Part shown: one piece after another, positions 47,785 through 61,189 of the stretch | How positions within the stretch are numbered: position 1 is the stretch's first letter | Layout of the letters: each line of letters opens with the position of its first letter | NCBI RefSeq assembly: GCF_001194135.2 | Contig: NC_068982.1 | Coordinates: forward strand, 130,891,218 to 130,955,217 | Length of the DNA: 64,000 nt | Source of the DNA: Octopus bimaculoides | Taxonomy: Eukaryota | Reading direction: 5' to 3' | Made by a program: the position numbers and the translations under genes | Notes under the pieces: model-generated | What the model was told of the DNA's origin: nothing | The model's input: the letters and a program-made list of their open reading frames with translations, nothing else | The model's database searches: none

Positions 47785-48045
47785 GCACGGCACCTTAGGC
47801 AAATGTTTTCTCCTCTATCCTATGGCTGACTGAATCCATGCTAGACAGAAACTAAAAGAAACCCGTCATATATAAGTGTGTGTGTATTTTGTCTTTGCAT
47901 TTATTCCCCATTACACAAATTTCGAGTTTAGAAAAAAAATAAGTACAGGGATCGATTTGTTAACTAAACCTATCAAGGCGGTGCCCCAGCATGGCTGCAG
48001 TCCCATGACTGAAACAAATAAATGGAGATAAAAGAAAAGATAATA
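47785..48045 (+). mobile_element. SINE family B, decayed with internal deletions
   Basis: GGCACCTTAGGCAAATG...AAGGCGGTGCCCCAGCATGGCTGCAGTCCCATGACTGAAACAA. Confidence 0.8.
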
Positions 48046-48107
48046 TAATCTGGCATTATCCCATAGAAACTAAGTGTGTCGTAAAAGTCGAAATGTTGGT
48101 AAACTCA

Positions 48108-48316
48108 AATTTTTCTTATATACGCACAAAGCCTGCATTTTATGAGGATGGGGGCTAGTTGATTAAATCGACTCCAGTGTTCAACTGGTACATATTTTAT
48201 CGACCCCGAAATGCAAAGTCGATCTCGGCGGAATTTGAACTCAGAACGTAAACACCGACGAATTATCGTTGAGTATTTTGACCGGCGGTCTAACGATTCT
48301 GTCATTTTGCCGCCTT
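48108..48316 (-). mobile_element. SINE family A
   Basis: CAAAGTCGATCTCGGCGGAATTTGAACTCAGAACG...CTAACGATTCTG. Confidence 0.85.
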
Positions 48317-48762
48317 TATATCGTCCCTTTCAATGTAAAACTCATATCAAAATAATTATACCCATCCATAATTTAACATTAAATCGAAAATTTGGTAGAT
48401 TACTGTTTTTCTAAACAATTCACGTGTTTTGATTGTCTTAGAAATTTAAAAATTTAGATTTTAATTTAATCTTTGATTAAAAAAGAAAGGCACTAATGAA
48501 AATAACTAAATGGTCTTATATTTGTGTTAACAATGGTTTCTGCAACATTTGTAAAAGTTCCTTATAATATGAATTATCGTGTAATGAATAACATAAAAAA
48601 TGAAATTAAAACTATCTCGTACGATAAAAAGCGGTGAAGCAGACCTAATAAATCCAGTCGCATATTCTTTTTCCGCCTCTGTTAATTATTTGTTACATTA
48701 GTTACATCAAAGTAATGATAAAAATGTGGTCCTCATCACTGTCTGCCAATAGCATCTTCAAC

Positions 48763-48767
<5 letters not shown>

Positions 48768-48817
<50 letters not shown>

Positions 48818-48895
48818 TCGATTGCTCGTTCACTTTGGCGTCAAGTGGACAAAAACATACAAGCGTGTCAGCATGTGTGCCCTGATTCACTGACT

Positions 48896-48937
<42 letters not shown>

Positions 48938-48960
48938 AACACAGACAGACGCAAACACAC
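48768..48960. repeat. (CT)n and (AC)n microsatellites
   Basis: Directly visible. Confidence 0.95.
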
Positions 48961-50560
48961 ACTCTAGCACAATTTCTCATGTATAACTTATCGTTAATTA
49001 CCAAAAGTGTTACAGAGACACGTCCATAAGTGAACATTCCTTAATAACTAATTAGACCAACTTGAAAATAATTGCAACACTGCATACCGTTCTATTACTT
49101 TCCTAAACCCATAATTTTTCAAATAATTTTTCTCTCAACCTACAATTAATATATTTTTCCTCTTTGATTCTATTGGAAGCTCTGATTTAAGGAAACATTC
49201 TTGTAAAAATATATTTCATTTCTGGAAAATTATAATTGTGGCCGTGATATTTTGATATTTTCAGTAGCCCAGTTCTTCAGGCTGTTAAAAAGATCCACCG
49301 GTAGGCAATATTTACAGCTGCTAGTAGCAAGGAAGATGCTTTATTAGAGTAGCACATGCCTTTTGTAGTAGTATAGACATAATACAAGCAAGTTGTCCCA
49401 CATTTTTGTAAATCTTATTTTATTGTAAGTTTACTGAAATAATCATACACAAATAACAATATATATCATTGCATCTACTTAACCCATTTGCTTTGCTATT
49501 TATCAACGATTATCCACGTCCCTCAACTGTTAAACTGTTTCTTTTATGAATGTGAAATCTAACACATAAATGTAATAAAAAAAAATAAGGGAGGGCAAAA
49601 CTCAGGAATTCAAATAATTGTGATTAATGCCAACTTCTTGTGATTTGCGTTAATCAGATTTTAAATGATTGCATTTGTGTTGGAGGAATTTTTTAAAATC
49701 TATCTTGAAAACAGCTCGGCGTTATGTTACAGGCGGTGTGCTACAAACACTATGTGTCTAGAAAGAAATAGTGTCTGTAAATATTTGAGTTTTTGCTATC
49801 AACTTATGCCGAGCTATAATTAATATTAATGGTCACAAATCGTCTTGCAGTTTCCTAGAGAAGATCGGTATTTGATATTGTTTTTAAAGACACACCAAAA
49901 GTTACTGCTAGTAGTTTATTCTTTTTCATCTATAGATCCATTGAATTAATCAGTTCGCTAACTTATTCTTTACTGGTTGTAGATATATTTAATCAATGTG
50001 TGCCTGAAGGAAAATTAACTTGCACCTATTATACAGAGTACGAATTAACTGCAGACATTTATATTAATTAACGCGAAATTCTGTCTGCTTGGGACTACTG
50101 TATCTCAATCTACATTTGTTCTACATAGACATATTATACCTTTTGGGATTCAGGATGACCCCGGGATTGGAAATCTGCCCTTCATTTGGTTCTTGAATAT
50201 CCAGCATTGCGATCTGATTTATTAGCATTTAGGTTGCTATTTCTAACAGGTAAAGCTTGGCTGATTCACGCCATCTTGGTTGGCGTTTATCAGATGACGT
50301 TAAAGATTAAGGGGGAGATAAATAACATTCGTTTCGTTAATTTTACGTCGAGATTAGAACTTTGGGACAAACTGGCCAACAGTTGGCATTCAACTTGGGA
50401 CAGGAAATATAGAATGATTGCATTTCAGAATTAATTCACATCCGTTCTTGACATCTGATGAAACACCACCGGGACATATAGTCATTATAGACGTATTAGA
50501 GTGATTCTATTTAGTTGTGTTTAGTTTTGGGCCACAGATCCAATTAGCCCTCCGCAGGAG

Positions 50561-50601
50561 CTAGCTTAAAAGTCCGCATGGAGTGCGGCTTTTAAGCTAG
50601 T
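50561..50601 (+). mobile_element. Helitron-like 3' terminus (hairpin + CTAG|T)
   Basis: CCGCA-TGGAG-TGCGG hairpin, 8 nt, then CTAG followed by T; it lies inside a longer inverted repeat CTAGCTTAAAAG / CTTTTAAGCTAG. Confidence 0.55.
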
Positions 50602-51430
50602 AAATAAATAAATGAGTAACATTCATTAAGAAATCAAAATATAATTAAATGATAATTACGGTTTAAAATCACATATTTCTAAAAAAAAAATGTTTATTCT
50701 AAATGATTAAAAGAAGTTGCTTATATCCATGTAATGTAAGAATTTGGGTGGAGAAAAATAATATAGCAACGATACTAATTTAGCAGTACTGCAATTCGGT
50801 GACAGTATGTAAAGTATTATGGAAAGAAATTTGGACGCGTGGTGAATATTAAGCGTTTCGGTTTTAACGACTACAGGAATTTACAAAAAAGTTGGTGGGG
50901 AAAATGTATGTTTCAAAAATAATATTCGTGTACATGTATTTAAATTTACAAATACAACCAGTGTTATATTTAAACATGCAAATACTACCAGCAATAAATC
51001 TCATAACCAATTAGGTCTTTCCGATATACTCTACCTTGCCAAACCGAATATTACAGTGGTAAACTAATCAAAATTAACCTCATTAAACTTCACTAATAAA
51101 TAAGTTACTAATAGACAAGAAGGATGCTCGTTTTAGCCAATTGTTCGAGTTAACCATGTATTGTATACATGAACGATATTGGAAAAATATCTACTGGACG
51201 CTGGATATGAATTCAAGTAGTAAACTAATTACAGAAAATACTATAGACATTTTATAACTATATAAAGTTTGCAAATATATATATTTGAAAAGACTAATCG
51301 TTATAAAAGTATATAAAGTAAAAGCGTAAATACGGTAAGTTGTTAATTTCATATACATAGTGGATGAGCTTGAAATGGTAGAGACTGGGATAGAAGTAGA
51401 AGTGATAACTTTCGTTATTATTTAGTAGAA

Positions 51431-51648
51431 TGGCGGCGAGCTGGCAGAGTCATTAGCAGGCAGGGCGAGATGCTTAGCGGTATTTCGTCTGCCGCTACGT
51501 TCTGAGTTCAAACTCCGCCGAGGTTGACTTTGCTTTTTATTCTTTCGGGGTCGATAAATTAAGTACCAGTGAAACACTGGGGTCGATGTAATCGACTAGT
51601 CCCCAGCCCCAAAGTTCAGGACTTGTGCCTATAAAAGAAAGGATTATC
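51431..51648 (+). mobile_element. SINE family A, full length
   Basis: TGGCGGCGAGCTGGCAGAG...GAGTTCAAACTCCGCCGAGG...AGAAAGGATTAT; degenerate TSD TTATTATTTAGTAGA / TTATCACTTAGTAGA. Confidence 0.92.
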
Positions 51649-51759
51649 ACTTAGTAGAGTCATGATGCTTTCGCTTGGAGAGGCGACTGAGGAGGAAGTT
51701 GAATAAATAGCAGGCAGTTCATCAACATCACCAGAAGGTTTCACTGATGCATCAGAATT

Positions 51760-52990
51760 GCGATGACCTGGCTTCAGAAGAGTTAAGTTTCAGTTGCTTA
51801 ATTTTGCTGATGCTGCTTTCGGATAATGAGTTCCCTTAAGACTCTAAATCGTAAAAAATATTGTTGAACGTCAGTTTTCAGTTGACAAGTTAATGTAAGA
51901 AATGAAGTTATCAAAGGATTCTCGAATAACAGAGTTTGGATTTCTTGGGTAATGTTTCGTCGTCTTTGTCATCCTTACTGTCTCTGTCGTCACCAACAAG
52001 AACTTCATCCATTATTTCTTCATCTATTAACGCTTGGTATCCAGAGTAAATCTTTGTGCAGTCTAGTCAAATTCTGGTAATCTTCTGTGACGTGTTTCGC
52101 AGCACCTCTTAACATTGCCATGAAAATATCTTGCATTGAATACTTCAAAATCGTAATCTACTACATTGTACGGAGGATATTTATAAGCATTTGGCTCGCA
52201 TGTATCTATTATATTAAATATTTCAGAATTAGGGTTGTATAGGTCTGGTTGTTACTGAGAACTCTTTATCCTCATATATCATTCGTCCTCTTCTGTCACA
52301 ACGATCCAAACAAATTTGTTGTCATATTCTCTGGCAGAATACTGTTAGACTCTTACCTTTCTCTACTGGTGGAGTGTGGAGTTACATTGGGTAGCAAAAA
52401 ATGTATTTTATTTTACTATCATTACTAAGAATCTGATGACCTGAGTCAACTGGTGCGGTGTCCAAATTTAGAAAAGCTTCGTCTCATCAAAAATTGTTAC
52501 AGGATATTTTTCTTTTATGCACTTTACAGATGAAATGCATGAAAAAAGAGTCATTAAAGATATGCATATTGAATCATAATTACTTGGTATTGCGATAAAG
52601 CGCCAGTAGATGGACCATTATGTCTTTCAAAACTTGTAAATGTATTGAACTCTCCACCGCCATTAACTTTAAAAGATGCATACCATCCACGTTCATATAG
52701 CATAGCAGTGATAAATTGTTCTTTACTTAATCAACGCCCGTGTGGGCGCTTCATTTGTTAGCGTTTAAGGCATTCAGGATTGTGACTTCCAGTACAATCC
52801 ACTTTCATCGCCATTATATATTTAGGAAATAAAGAGCCCCTTACACTTATTTACGTCATCTAACCCCTCCCTGGAAGATTCAGTTTCCTTGGTCGATGCG
52901 CTTCCTTCATCATGAACACTTTTATTACCCATTCCATTGCTCCAAAGGTTAGCGAAATACTCGCCACTTGTGTACTATACATGTCCTTTT
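51760..52990 (-). pseudogene. Decayed pogo/Tigger (CENP-B/DDE_1) transposase
   Basis: IYNGDESGLYWKS, SKEQFITAML, IFNDSFF, LDTAP...SNDSKIKYIF, YDFEVFNARYFHG, GYQALIDEEIMDEVL, RVLRELIIRKQHQ..KQLKL across many frameshifts. Confidence 0.8.
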
Positions 52991-53777
52991 TTATGATACC
53001 TATTTGCATCAAAATAGTCAGTTTTCGCTGTGTGAGTGAGAGAGATAGAGAGAGTTTGTGTGTGTGCGTGCGTGCTTGAACAGAGCCCGATAAAGATGCA
53101 GTATCTTATGGACACAGTAACATATTTCACAGTATTTTCTCTAATTTTATTGACACGCGTTTGGAGTAAAACAGTAAATTAAATTTCGTAGTTGTATATA
53201 ATAAACCATTGAACTTAACATTGTTATCGTGACCAGATCTATTCAACATTAAAAAGAATGCATTTTGCACGAGATTAAACAGCAGAATTTTGTTTCAAAA
53301 TACAAGAAATAAGTGATTTTTTTCTACTTTTCCAAAGAGTTTAGATAAAAATATATGTAAAACGAAATAGTTCTAATCCAGTATTTAAGACATTTATTTA
53401 ATACTTTTATCGAGAATACGCTCGTTGTTTCATGAATTCTGTCACATACTTATGTAATGTATATAATTTGTAAAAAAAGAGAAAAATTGGAATGTTGATC
53501 TATTTCCCAAAGACATTCGAGTCATACTTATTTTATCAACCATCAAACAAATCAAAATCCAATTGACCTAGTTAGGTTTCGAAAATGGAATGTATAGGGT
53601 TACAGGATGCTGTTTCAGACAGCATTCCGATTTCGATGTTTAGTAAATATATAAAGAATTTTTTTTTTCAAATTAACTTTTAAATTCTCTTGAGGCCTCG
53701 GCGTATCAATATTTATCTTTTGGGTTACAGCCCTTTATAACTGTATTGATGCCACTTCTGTATTTATGTAACACTTT

Positions 53778-53975
53778 CAACATTTGGCACAAGGCCGGCT
53801 ATTTTGGGGAAGGTCTAATCGATTATATTGACTCCAGTGCTAAAATAGTACTTATTTTATCGTCCCCCGAATGGCAAAGTCAATCTTGACGGCATTTGAA
53901 CTCAGAACACCAAGCTGGAAGTAATGCCATGTAGAATTTCATCCAGACTTTTAATGATTTTGTCAGCTCAGCGCC
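53778..53975 (-). mobile_element. SINE family A, decayed
   Basis: GGCACAAGGCC...GGCAAAGTCAATCTTGACGGCATTTGAACTCAGAAC. Confidence 0.8.
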
Positions 53976-54602
53976 TCGTTTGTATTTATATAATAATGAA
54001 TTCTTATATTGCGCAATGGCACATGTATATTTGAATGAAGCGATTGCGATTAACTGTCTTGGGGACACCCAGATAGAAACCATCCACACAGTCTTAATGT
54101 TGGCTAGATTCGGACACAGAATATAAGGAGTTGTTACTAAGTAACACAAGATAATTAGTCCGATGCCAAACTGATTCTTTATCTCCCACCCAACCAATAA
54201 TTTCTTAATAATACACTTTCAAAGAAAGAAAATAACAGAAAGAAAGCTTTGTATAATGTCTATAAGCTGTTAGGCACTACACGATATTGAATTTAATGCC
54301 ATTTATATAAATAGCAACTTTGTATCTGCAAACTACACACTGTGCACAGATGGTTCGTAGCTAAATAGTAAGAAGCAGACGAGAATATATTTGACCGGAA
54401 ATGTCTGACAGAAGAAGTAGAAGAACCGCCCAAACGACATAATTATATGTAAGAACCGAAATTAGTGCGGCGAGCAAAAATATATAAGCATAAATGTATA
54501 TACTCTCCATAAAAGTTCCATGCTATAAATGTTAACAACGTGTTATTATTGGATTTTTTTCCTTACCTTTTAATATTTCCAGACTTTGTTTTTGAAAGAT
54601 CT

Positions 54603-54616
54603 TATCTCTCTCTCTC

Positions 54617-54664
<48 letters not shown>

Positions 54665-54855
54665 NNNNNNNNNNNNNNNNNNNNNNNNNNNNNNNNNNNN
54701 NNNNNNNNNNNNNNNNNNNNNNNNNNNNNNNNNNNNNNNNNNNNNNNNNNNNNNNNNNNNNNNNNNNNNNTCTCTCTCTGTCCCTCTCTCTCTCTCTCTC
54801 TCTCTCTGTCCCTCTCTCTCTCTCTTTCTCTCTCTCTCTCTATATGTATATATAT
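54603..54855. repeat. (CT)n tract interrupted by an assembly gap (54665-54770)
   Basis: Directly visible. Confidence 0.95.
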
Positions 54856-56157
54856 AATATCTCATTATCGTTCATATATATTTTATTTATATTTAACTTA
54901 CATATTTTCTTTCAACTGCCCATTTTTTTGCACACATGTATACAGACACGTAGACACGCACACACCATTAATATGTGGCCAATATGTGCGAGTGGTGATG
55001 TGGGGTGTCCGAAAATACATAATTTAATGGCTAACAATTAAGATTTTAATAAAAGGCTGAGTTTCACACAACTTGCCTAGCACGAAACTGAACTGTGTTA
55101 GGTAGAAAGTAAGAAAAAGGCAACTGGTATTTTAGCTGCCATCATATGATTTGTGTCGTAAAATGTCCCCTTTGTGGCACATTGAAGATTGAAAACATAG
55201 CTGTGGTGAGAACTTTTCACTGTACAGACATGTATGTGGTCATCGAATTTGTTTCAGGTCTTGTCATAGGTCTCTATGTACGTGTCTATGTATGTGTGTA
55301 TTAAAATAAATCAAAAATTATCAGCTTGTTAGAATCAAAGCTCCGGATATTTGAAGTGTAACGCTACTCAAATTTTTCATTAACAATGCTTGCATACATT
55401 ATGTTCTTTGCAACATTCCGCCCCTCGTTTCCATTCTTTGCTCTTTTATTTCTCCATCTGTTTCTATTCTTTCATCCTCCTCTTTGGCTAGTTTTCGATC
55501 TTCCTATCGCTCTCCTCTTCTTCACTTTCTTCCGTCTCTGCCTGCTCTTCTTCCCAACTTCGCTGTCTGATTGTTTTCCAGAATGCCTTTTGCTCGATTT
55601 CCATAATCCTCCTTTCTACAAGTACTTTTACTGTTATTTATTCCATCCACTCATCTATTTACTTTGTTCTTTGCGTCCTTCATCTACGTTTTTTTACCTC
55701 GTTGACAAGCCAATGTCCTATCCTAAGCATTTTTTAATATAAACACTCTCGTTTTGTTTGTTTCCTTGTACCTCAGTCGAAAATCTAACAGTTTGTTCAG
55801 TATTTTTATTAATTGCCCTGCTTGTCAAGTAAAAATGCTGCTTTCTATATGCTATTTGCTGAGTCCAAAAACTGAAATTGTCGTACAAAATATATTTTTC
55901 GCATATTCCTGTTTGCCTTCACTATACATATCCCTAATAGATTTTACGTTACATCCACTGCTATGTTGAAGTTTGCGGCTTTGTAGCTAAAATCACCGAA
56001 GCTATTGAACATCTGATGAGGGGATATACGTATGTGTTCCCTTGCTTTTCTCGTGTATTCGTTTTCCCATGTACTTTGATGATTCACACACACACATACA
56101 TATGTATGTGTGCATTTATGTATCTGTGTATGTATGTATTATGTATGTGTGTGTGTA

Positions 56158-56230
56158 ATTAGAAACCTCACGCTAGACGACAGGAAGTAAATACTATTAG
56201 CTTGTCCTTTAAGGTTGTTATATGTACTAA
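56158..56230 (+). repeat. 73-bp perfect direct repeat, copy 1
   Basis: ATTAGAAACCTCACGCTAGACGACAGG...GTTGTTATATGTACTAA, identical at 57161-57233. Confidence 0.95.
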
Positions 56231-56478
56231 TTTATAAGATTATGATGTTCATAGACGCCTAGATACAAACGATAATATGGTCTATGCATATTATGACTAG
56301 AATAAGGTTCGACTCCTGTAGCATGTGTGAGGGAGGGTCTGCTAACTTTTTCGGTCATTTGCGGCATTTGTAAATGCTTATTTTATCTCTGTATTCTGTA
56401 AAATAGCCTTAGGTGTGTCCCACAGTGACTAATATGGAAAGCAAATTAAGTCACACACAAATAAATAAATATAAATAA

Positions 56479-56539
<61 letters not shown>

Positions 56540-56784
56540 CATATACACACAATTGGTAGATATTGATATACACCTAAGTTTGTCAAGTATATAGGATGTA
56601 AAACTCTGATGTCTTTGTTTAATTTTTCTTCTGTAAACATTTTATCCCCACAAAAACGATTCTGTCCGAAACGTTGTATTTTCTACTCCCTACACGAATT
56701 TCACTGTACACTTTCTGTCGATTTTAATTATATATATATATATACACAAACATACATACATACATACATGTATGCTTTAACTTT

Positions 56785-57160
56785 CGCATCTTGTGGCTGT
56801 GTGATAGGGAGTTTGCTTCTCAACCATATAGTTCACTCCCACTGCGTGGCACCGTGGGCAGATGTCACCTACTATAGCTTCAGACCGACCAAAACCTTGA
56901 GAGTGGATTTGGTAGACGGAAGCTGAAAGAATCCCGTGGAGTGCGCGCGCATGTGTGTGCGCGTGTGCTGGTGTATGTTCGTGTCTTTTGAGTCTGTTTG
57001 ATCCCCTACCATCGCTTGACAATCAGTGTTAGTGTGTTTACGCCCCCATAACTTATTGGTTCGGCAAAAGAGACCGATAAAATACCAGATTTCTAAAAAG
57101 AACAAATAAGTACAAGGGTCGCTTCATTCGACAAGAATTCTTCGTGGCTGCAGTCTAATG
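56785..57160 (+). mobile_element. SINE family B, lacking the terminal tail
   Basis: CCACTGCGTGGCACCGTGGGCAGATGTC...GGTTCGGCAAAAGAGACCGAT...GTGGCTGCAGTCTAATG. Confidence 0.85.
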
Positions 57161-57233
57161 ATTAGAAACCTCACGCTAGACGACAGGAAGTAAATACTAT
57201 TAGCTTGTCCTTTAAGGTTGTTATATGTACTAA
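57161..57233 (+). repeat. 73-bp perfect direct repeat, copy 2
   Basis: See 56158-56230. Confidence 0.95.
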
Positions 57234-58569
57234 GTAAAGGATTTATTGTTGTCATAATTTATTTTTGTTATGAAACATTTGTTAGAATAACACTAAGAAT
57301 AAAAGTATAATTTCTAATGTATAATATAGAAAGGGATAAAAGAAAAAGAAAAGAGTAGAACGGAAGACAAATTGGTGATAATAATGGTATTAGGCGATGC
57401 ATGTTCTAAATATGAAAGAAATTTACGTAAGTAATGGGTGTAGTTTCTAATAATATGTAAGGACTTTTTAGGACTGTTTGGAAAGCTACTTTCATTGTCA
57501 TTGTTATCATCTGTGATAAATAATCTTTGAAAGATACACTCATGTATCCGAAGGGTTTTGGCGCTAAAATAACTCTAAAACAAATTTGTTTTAGTTGAAA
57601 GAGCGAAAAAAAGGATAAGGAACTAAACAACGGTTATATATTAAACATGAAGGTAAAAGATAAGGCAATATAAACTAATAAATACTCATGTATTAGGGAC
57701 GTACATGCACTATTGTAAATATGTAACTATATATTTAGGATTATTCCAGAGGAAAGTAAAATTAAGGAGACAGAACGTCCTGTGTGGGATGAGATGTAAA
57801 TCCAAACGGTCAGCCTTGTCGCATATTGTGCCGACGAATCACTTTAATGCCACATTTGTACATGGAGCACTCATCCACTTATAATACAACTAGACATTTC
57901 GGTTGCTCAAAGAACTAGAATACTCATCGTCAAGACCGATGCAGGTCCATCTATATGCTATGTATGTTCATAGGTGGGATAAAATGTTGTAATGCTTGAG
58001 AAGGTTGTCAACTAAATGAGATTAGTCTGTGATGATCCGAATTCTTGCTTTTAGCTCATTCTCTTTGTCCCTTAATGCTGATAAGATAAACAAACGTCAA
58101 CCTCTTTTGATCAGTTATTGATTGCTATTACTTAAGAGTAATTGATCTACTTCATTAGTGTGAGACAAATGGATATTTATCCTGTATTTAGCCGACGTCC
58201 ATGTTTTTATTTGTACATGTGTATATACGTGTGTGCCTTATACTTACAGGAAAATACAAGACGTTTTGCAGTTAATGATATCATGAAGCAAGGTAACTTT
58301 GTGTCTTTGATTTTTTTTATTTAGGAAAAAAGATTGTTAATTTATCGTGAATTAATAAAGGAATTATAGCCAAAGGGAAATGGATCGAAACCACTTGGGT
58401 GTTCAGAAAAATCGCGTCCTGCAAAGCTCAGTATGTTTCTATTAGATACCTAAAATTTCTATATTTTCAAGTGTGAGAAATAGAATGTCCTTTGGCAAGA
58501 ACATTAGCTTTGAGTGATTCCAGATATGAAGAGCAACCAAATTCAAGTGTCACAGACATATCTGAAGGG

Positions 58570-58710
58570 GGTAGACAGTTTTCGTCTGCTAAATTTCATT
58601 CATAAGGCTTTGGTTAAAGGCACATACGTGTCCAATGTGTCACACTTTGGGATCGAACCTAGATTCTCCTGACTGCGAAGTGACCTAATAAACACACGAC
58701 TAAACGCCCA
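58570..58710 (-). mobile_element. Decayed SINE family B 5' half
   Basis: CATAAGGCTTTGGTT...GGGATCGAACCTAG. Confidence 0.55.
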
Positions 58711-60123
58711 TATATACTAATTTTACTAGCAACTACTTGTAAAGTGAGATTTAAAATGGACATTTTAGTATCATTCTCTGTTCCAATAGCTTTCTACCAT
58801 TAAAAAGGCATAGAATACAATTAAATGGTAACATTTGCAAATCTTAATAAAACTAACATCTTTGGTTCTTATTGAAATGGTATCAGTTATAAGGCACGGT
58901 AAACAGAACAATCTCTGATTGTCGAAAGAAAGCTTAAATAAAAGCAACTTCAAACAAGACAGTTTGAAAATCTAAAAGATTTCACGCCTACAAAAGACAA
59001 TCAAACATATACACACAAAAAAAAGTTCAAATAAACAGTGAATATAAAACGGACTAAATGGCTGTCAAAATTAATTAATAAAAGTAAATCTCGACAATAT
59101 AAGAAATATCAAACAGTTGCTATTCAAATAGAAATATAGAAATATAAAACTAAATAAGATATGAATAACAAACGATTCAAAAGTTGTAGTGAAAAAGGAA
59201 ACTGCAAGATGTGAGCAATAACGAATGAAATTCATTTGATGAAACGTTTACCAAAACATATGGCTCAACAGAAACAACAAACATGCAAGCCTGCTTTACA
59301 AAATTTATTCTAAACAAAACTTAGTAAAACGGCTACATTCAGCAATAATGTACAACATTACACTAAGCGTACACACATGCCGACAAAAATTTCATATCCA
59401 TACATATATTACAGACATAACACACACAATATATATAGATGTCTGTGTATGTATGTATATATGTTTGTGTGTGTATATATATATATGTATATATAATGTG
59501 TGTGTGCTTATGTATGTAGAAAGGAAGGAAGGAGAGAGATTATTTAGCCATATGATAAATAGTATCTCTCGGTTGTCTGCAATTGCAACTTGAGTTCGAC
59601 TCCAGGTTGCCCTTCTGTTTAATTTGTTAATGCCCATGGGAAAGAATAAATGTCCCAACTACCCTTCCTTGCATCCGGAAATCAATAAGGCTAATCTTAG
59701 GTTGGTGGCTATTTCTTATCACAATAGCTCAAACAAGGCTTTCTAGCCAATCGAGCTATGCTCGATTGAAATAGATATGTTTCCACTCTTTGCAAATAGC
59801 TGACAGGCGAATGAAAGTTGGTTAATATTCCCTTCTTCTTTCTAAGAAAAATCTTCATTTAGGCAATCAAAAGATATTTCTTAAACGTAACACATTCATT
59901 AAATAATGTAAGAAACATCTCAAATGTAGGTTAAGGATGTTGAGGATTGACGTAATTACCAACGTACCTTATGCAATTTTTTGTAAGTTTGCTAACATAC
60001 TGTGCTACTTTTTGACTTGTTTTCGCTATTTTATTATAAGTGACAATTATTGTAACTTGCGGACTTACGCTCATCCGGCTCTCCAGCCTACGACACGTGG
60101 CTTCCCGTCTGTAATACAACTGC

Positions 60124-60178
60124 ATTAGACGCAGGGCAATTTTTTGATAGTGCGTCTTATACGCCAAGAAATACGTTA
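60124..60178. mobile_element. Possible pogo-type MITE end
   Basis: GTGCGTCTTATACGCCAAGAAATACGTTA resembles the ...GCGTCTTATA..CCGGAAAATACGGTA pogo/Tigger MITE terminus; the partner end is unclear. Confidence 0.35.
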
Positions 60179-60426
60179 ATTTAAGATGTGATTTATTAAA
60201 TCACTTATGTTCAGTGGAGTAATTTTCCACTTATCGCATCACTGTAGGTTGCAGAAGTACGAAGTCGGTGTAATAAATTAATGATGAGTCTTTAATAAGC
60301 TAAACTGCCAAGATGTTATAAGAACAACAGGCAATAAATACTGTTTGTGTGCACACATGCATATACTTCCATGCATGTGTATAAACATTCATTGAAATCA
60401 ATGTGTAAATTTGCACGTTATAAGTG

Positions 60427-60597
60427 GTATTTCGCCCGTCGCTACGTTCTGAGTTCAAATTCCGCCGAGGTTGACTTTACCTTTCATCCTTTCGGGGTCA
60501 ATAAATTAAGTACCAATGAAACACTGGAGTCGCTGTAATCCACTAGTGCCCCTCCCACCAAATTTCAAGTCTTGTGCGTTTAGCAGAAAGGATTGTT
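60427..60597 (+). mobile_element. SINE family A, 5'-truncated
   Basis: GGTATTTCGCCCGTCGCTACGTTCTGAGTTCAAATTCCGCCGAGG...AGAAAGGATTG. Confidence 0.9.
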
Positions 60598-61189
60598 ACT
60601 GATTTGGTCTGAAGAAAGGTACTGTGCAAAAGCCTTCCGAGATGGATTAGACTGGTGGATGCCATTAATGTTCCGTTTAATCGATAGCTGCTGGACAAAC
60701 ATATATAAAAAAGGGAGTTCTAATTCTAACCCTTAAGCTTAAATCTAAGGACTGCGCTAGAAAGATATTAGAGAAGCAGGGTTAAACATGTCCAGCAAGT
60801 TTCGTTTCAGTTTGTGGCATAGAGAGAAGTGTGGTGTATGTCGGTGCAATGTAAGGTCACGACAACCCATGGACCAGATGGTGGTGTTAAACCTAACACA
60901 TGACTAGTAGTATTTAAGTTATGTATTCATGTATACATATGAATATGTCTATACGTAGAAAAATCTCAAGAAGCAATCAAAAATATTATGCTGAACCAAA
61001 GAGAGAAAATCCAATGATACTTATTCAAGATGTTATTAATAGATGTAGACGAACATTCTTGAAAGAAAAAATATCAAAACGAAATCTGCTTTTTTATAGT
61101 TCTTTGCTTATTTATTTTCTTAATTGCTTTCTATTTCCATATTTGTGTTATTTAATTTTTAGTTTGTATATATTTGTTATGGCCGTTTT

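Noticed and set aside
51760-52990. Endogenous densovirus/parvovirus NS gene
   Set aside because: First impression from Cys- and acid-rich peptides, but the ordered motifs (NGDESGLYW, LDTAP, GYQ..DEEI, KQLKL) fit pogo/Tigger transposase.
55386-55742. 118-aa hydrophobic ORF and the acidic antisense frame
   Set aside because: A pyrimidine-rich strand bias explains the Phe/Leu content; the antisense frame has stops and no family was recognised.
56001-56045. CTGATGA followed by a GGGA...TCCC stem
   Set aside because: No GAAA or stem III follows; at most half a hammerhead.
56598-56685. CTGATGT...GAAACGTTGTA hammerhead-like spacing between (AT)n tracts
   Set aside because: The core is mutated and no stem II pairing can be drawn; possibly a very decayed copy but not supportable.
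933-60597. SINE heads as functional tRNA genes
   Set aside because: A/B-box-like motifs are present, but there is no cloverleaf or acceptor stem and they are fused to repeat bodies.
60604-60660. CTGAAGA-AAGG...CCTT-CCGAGA motif
   Set aside because: GAAA is absent and stem I cannot be paired; likely chance.
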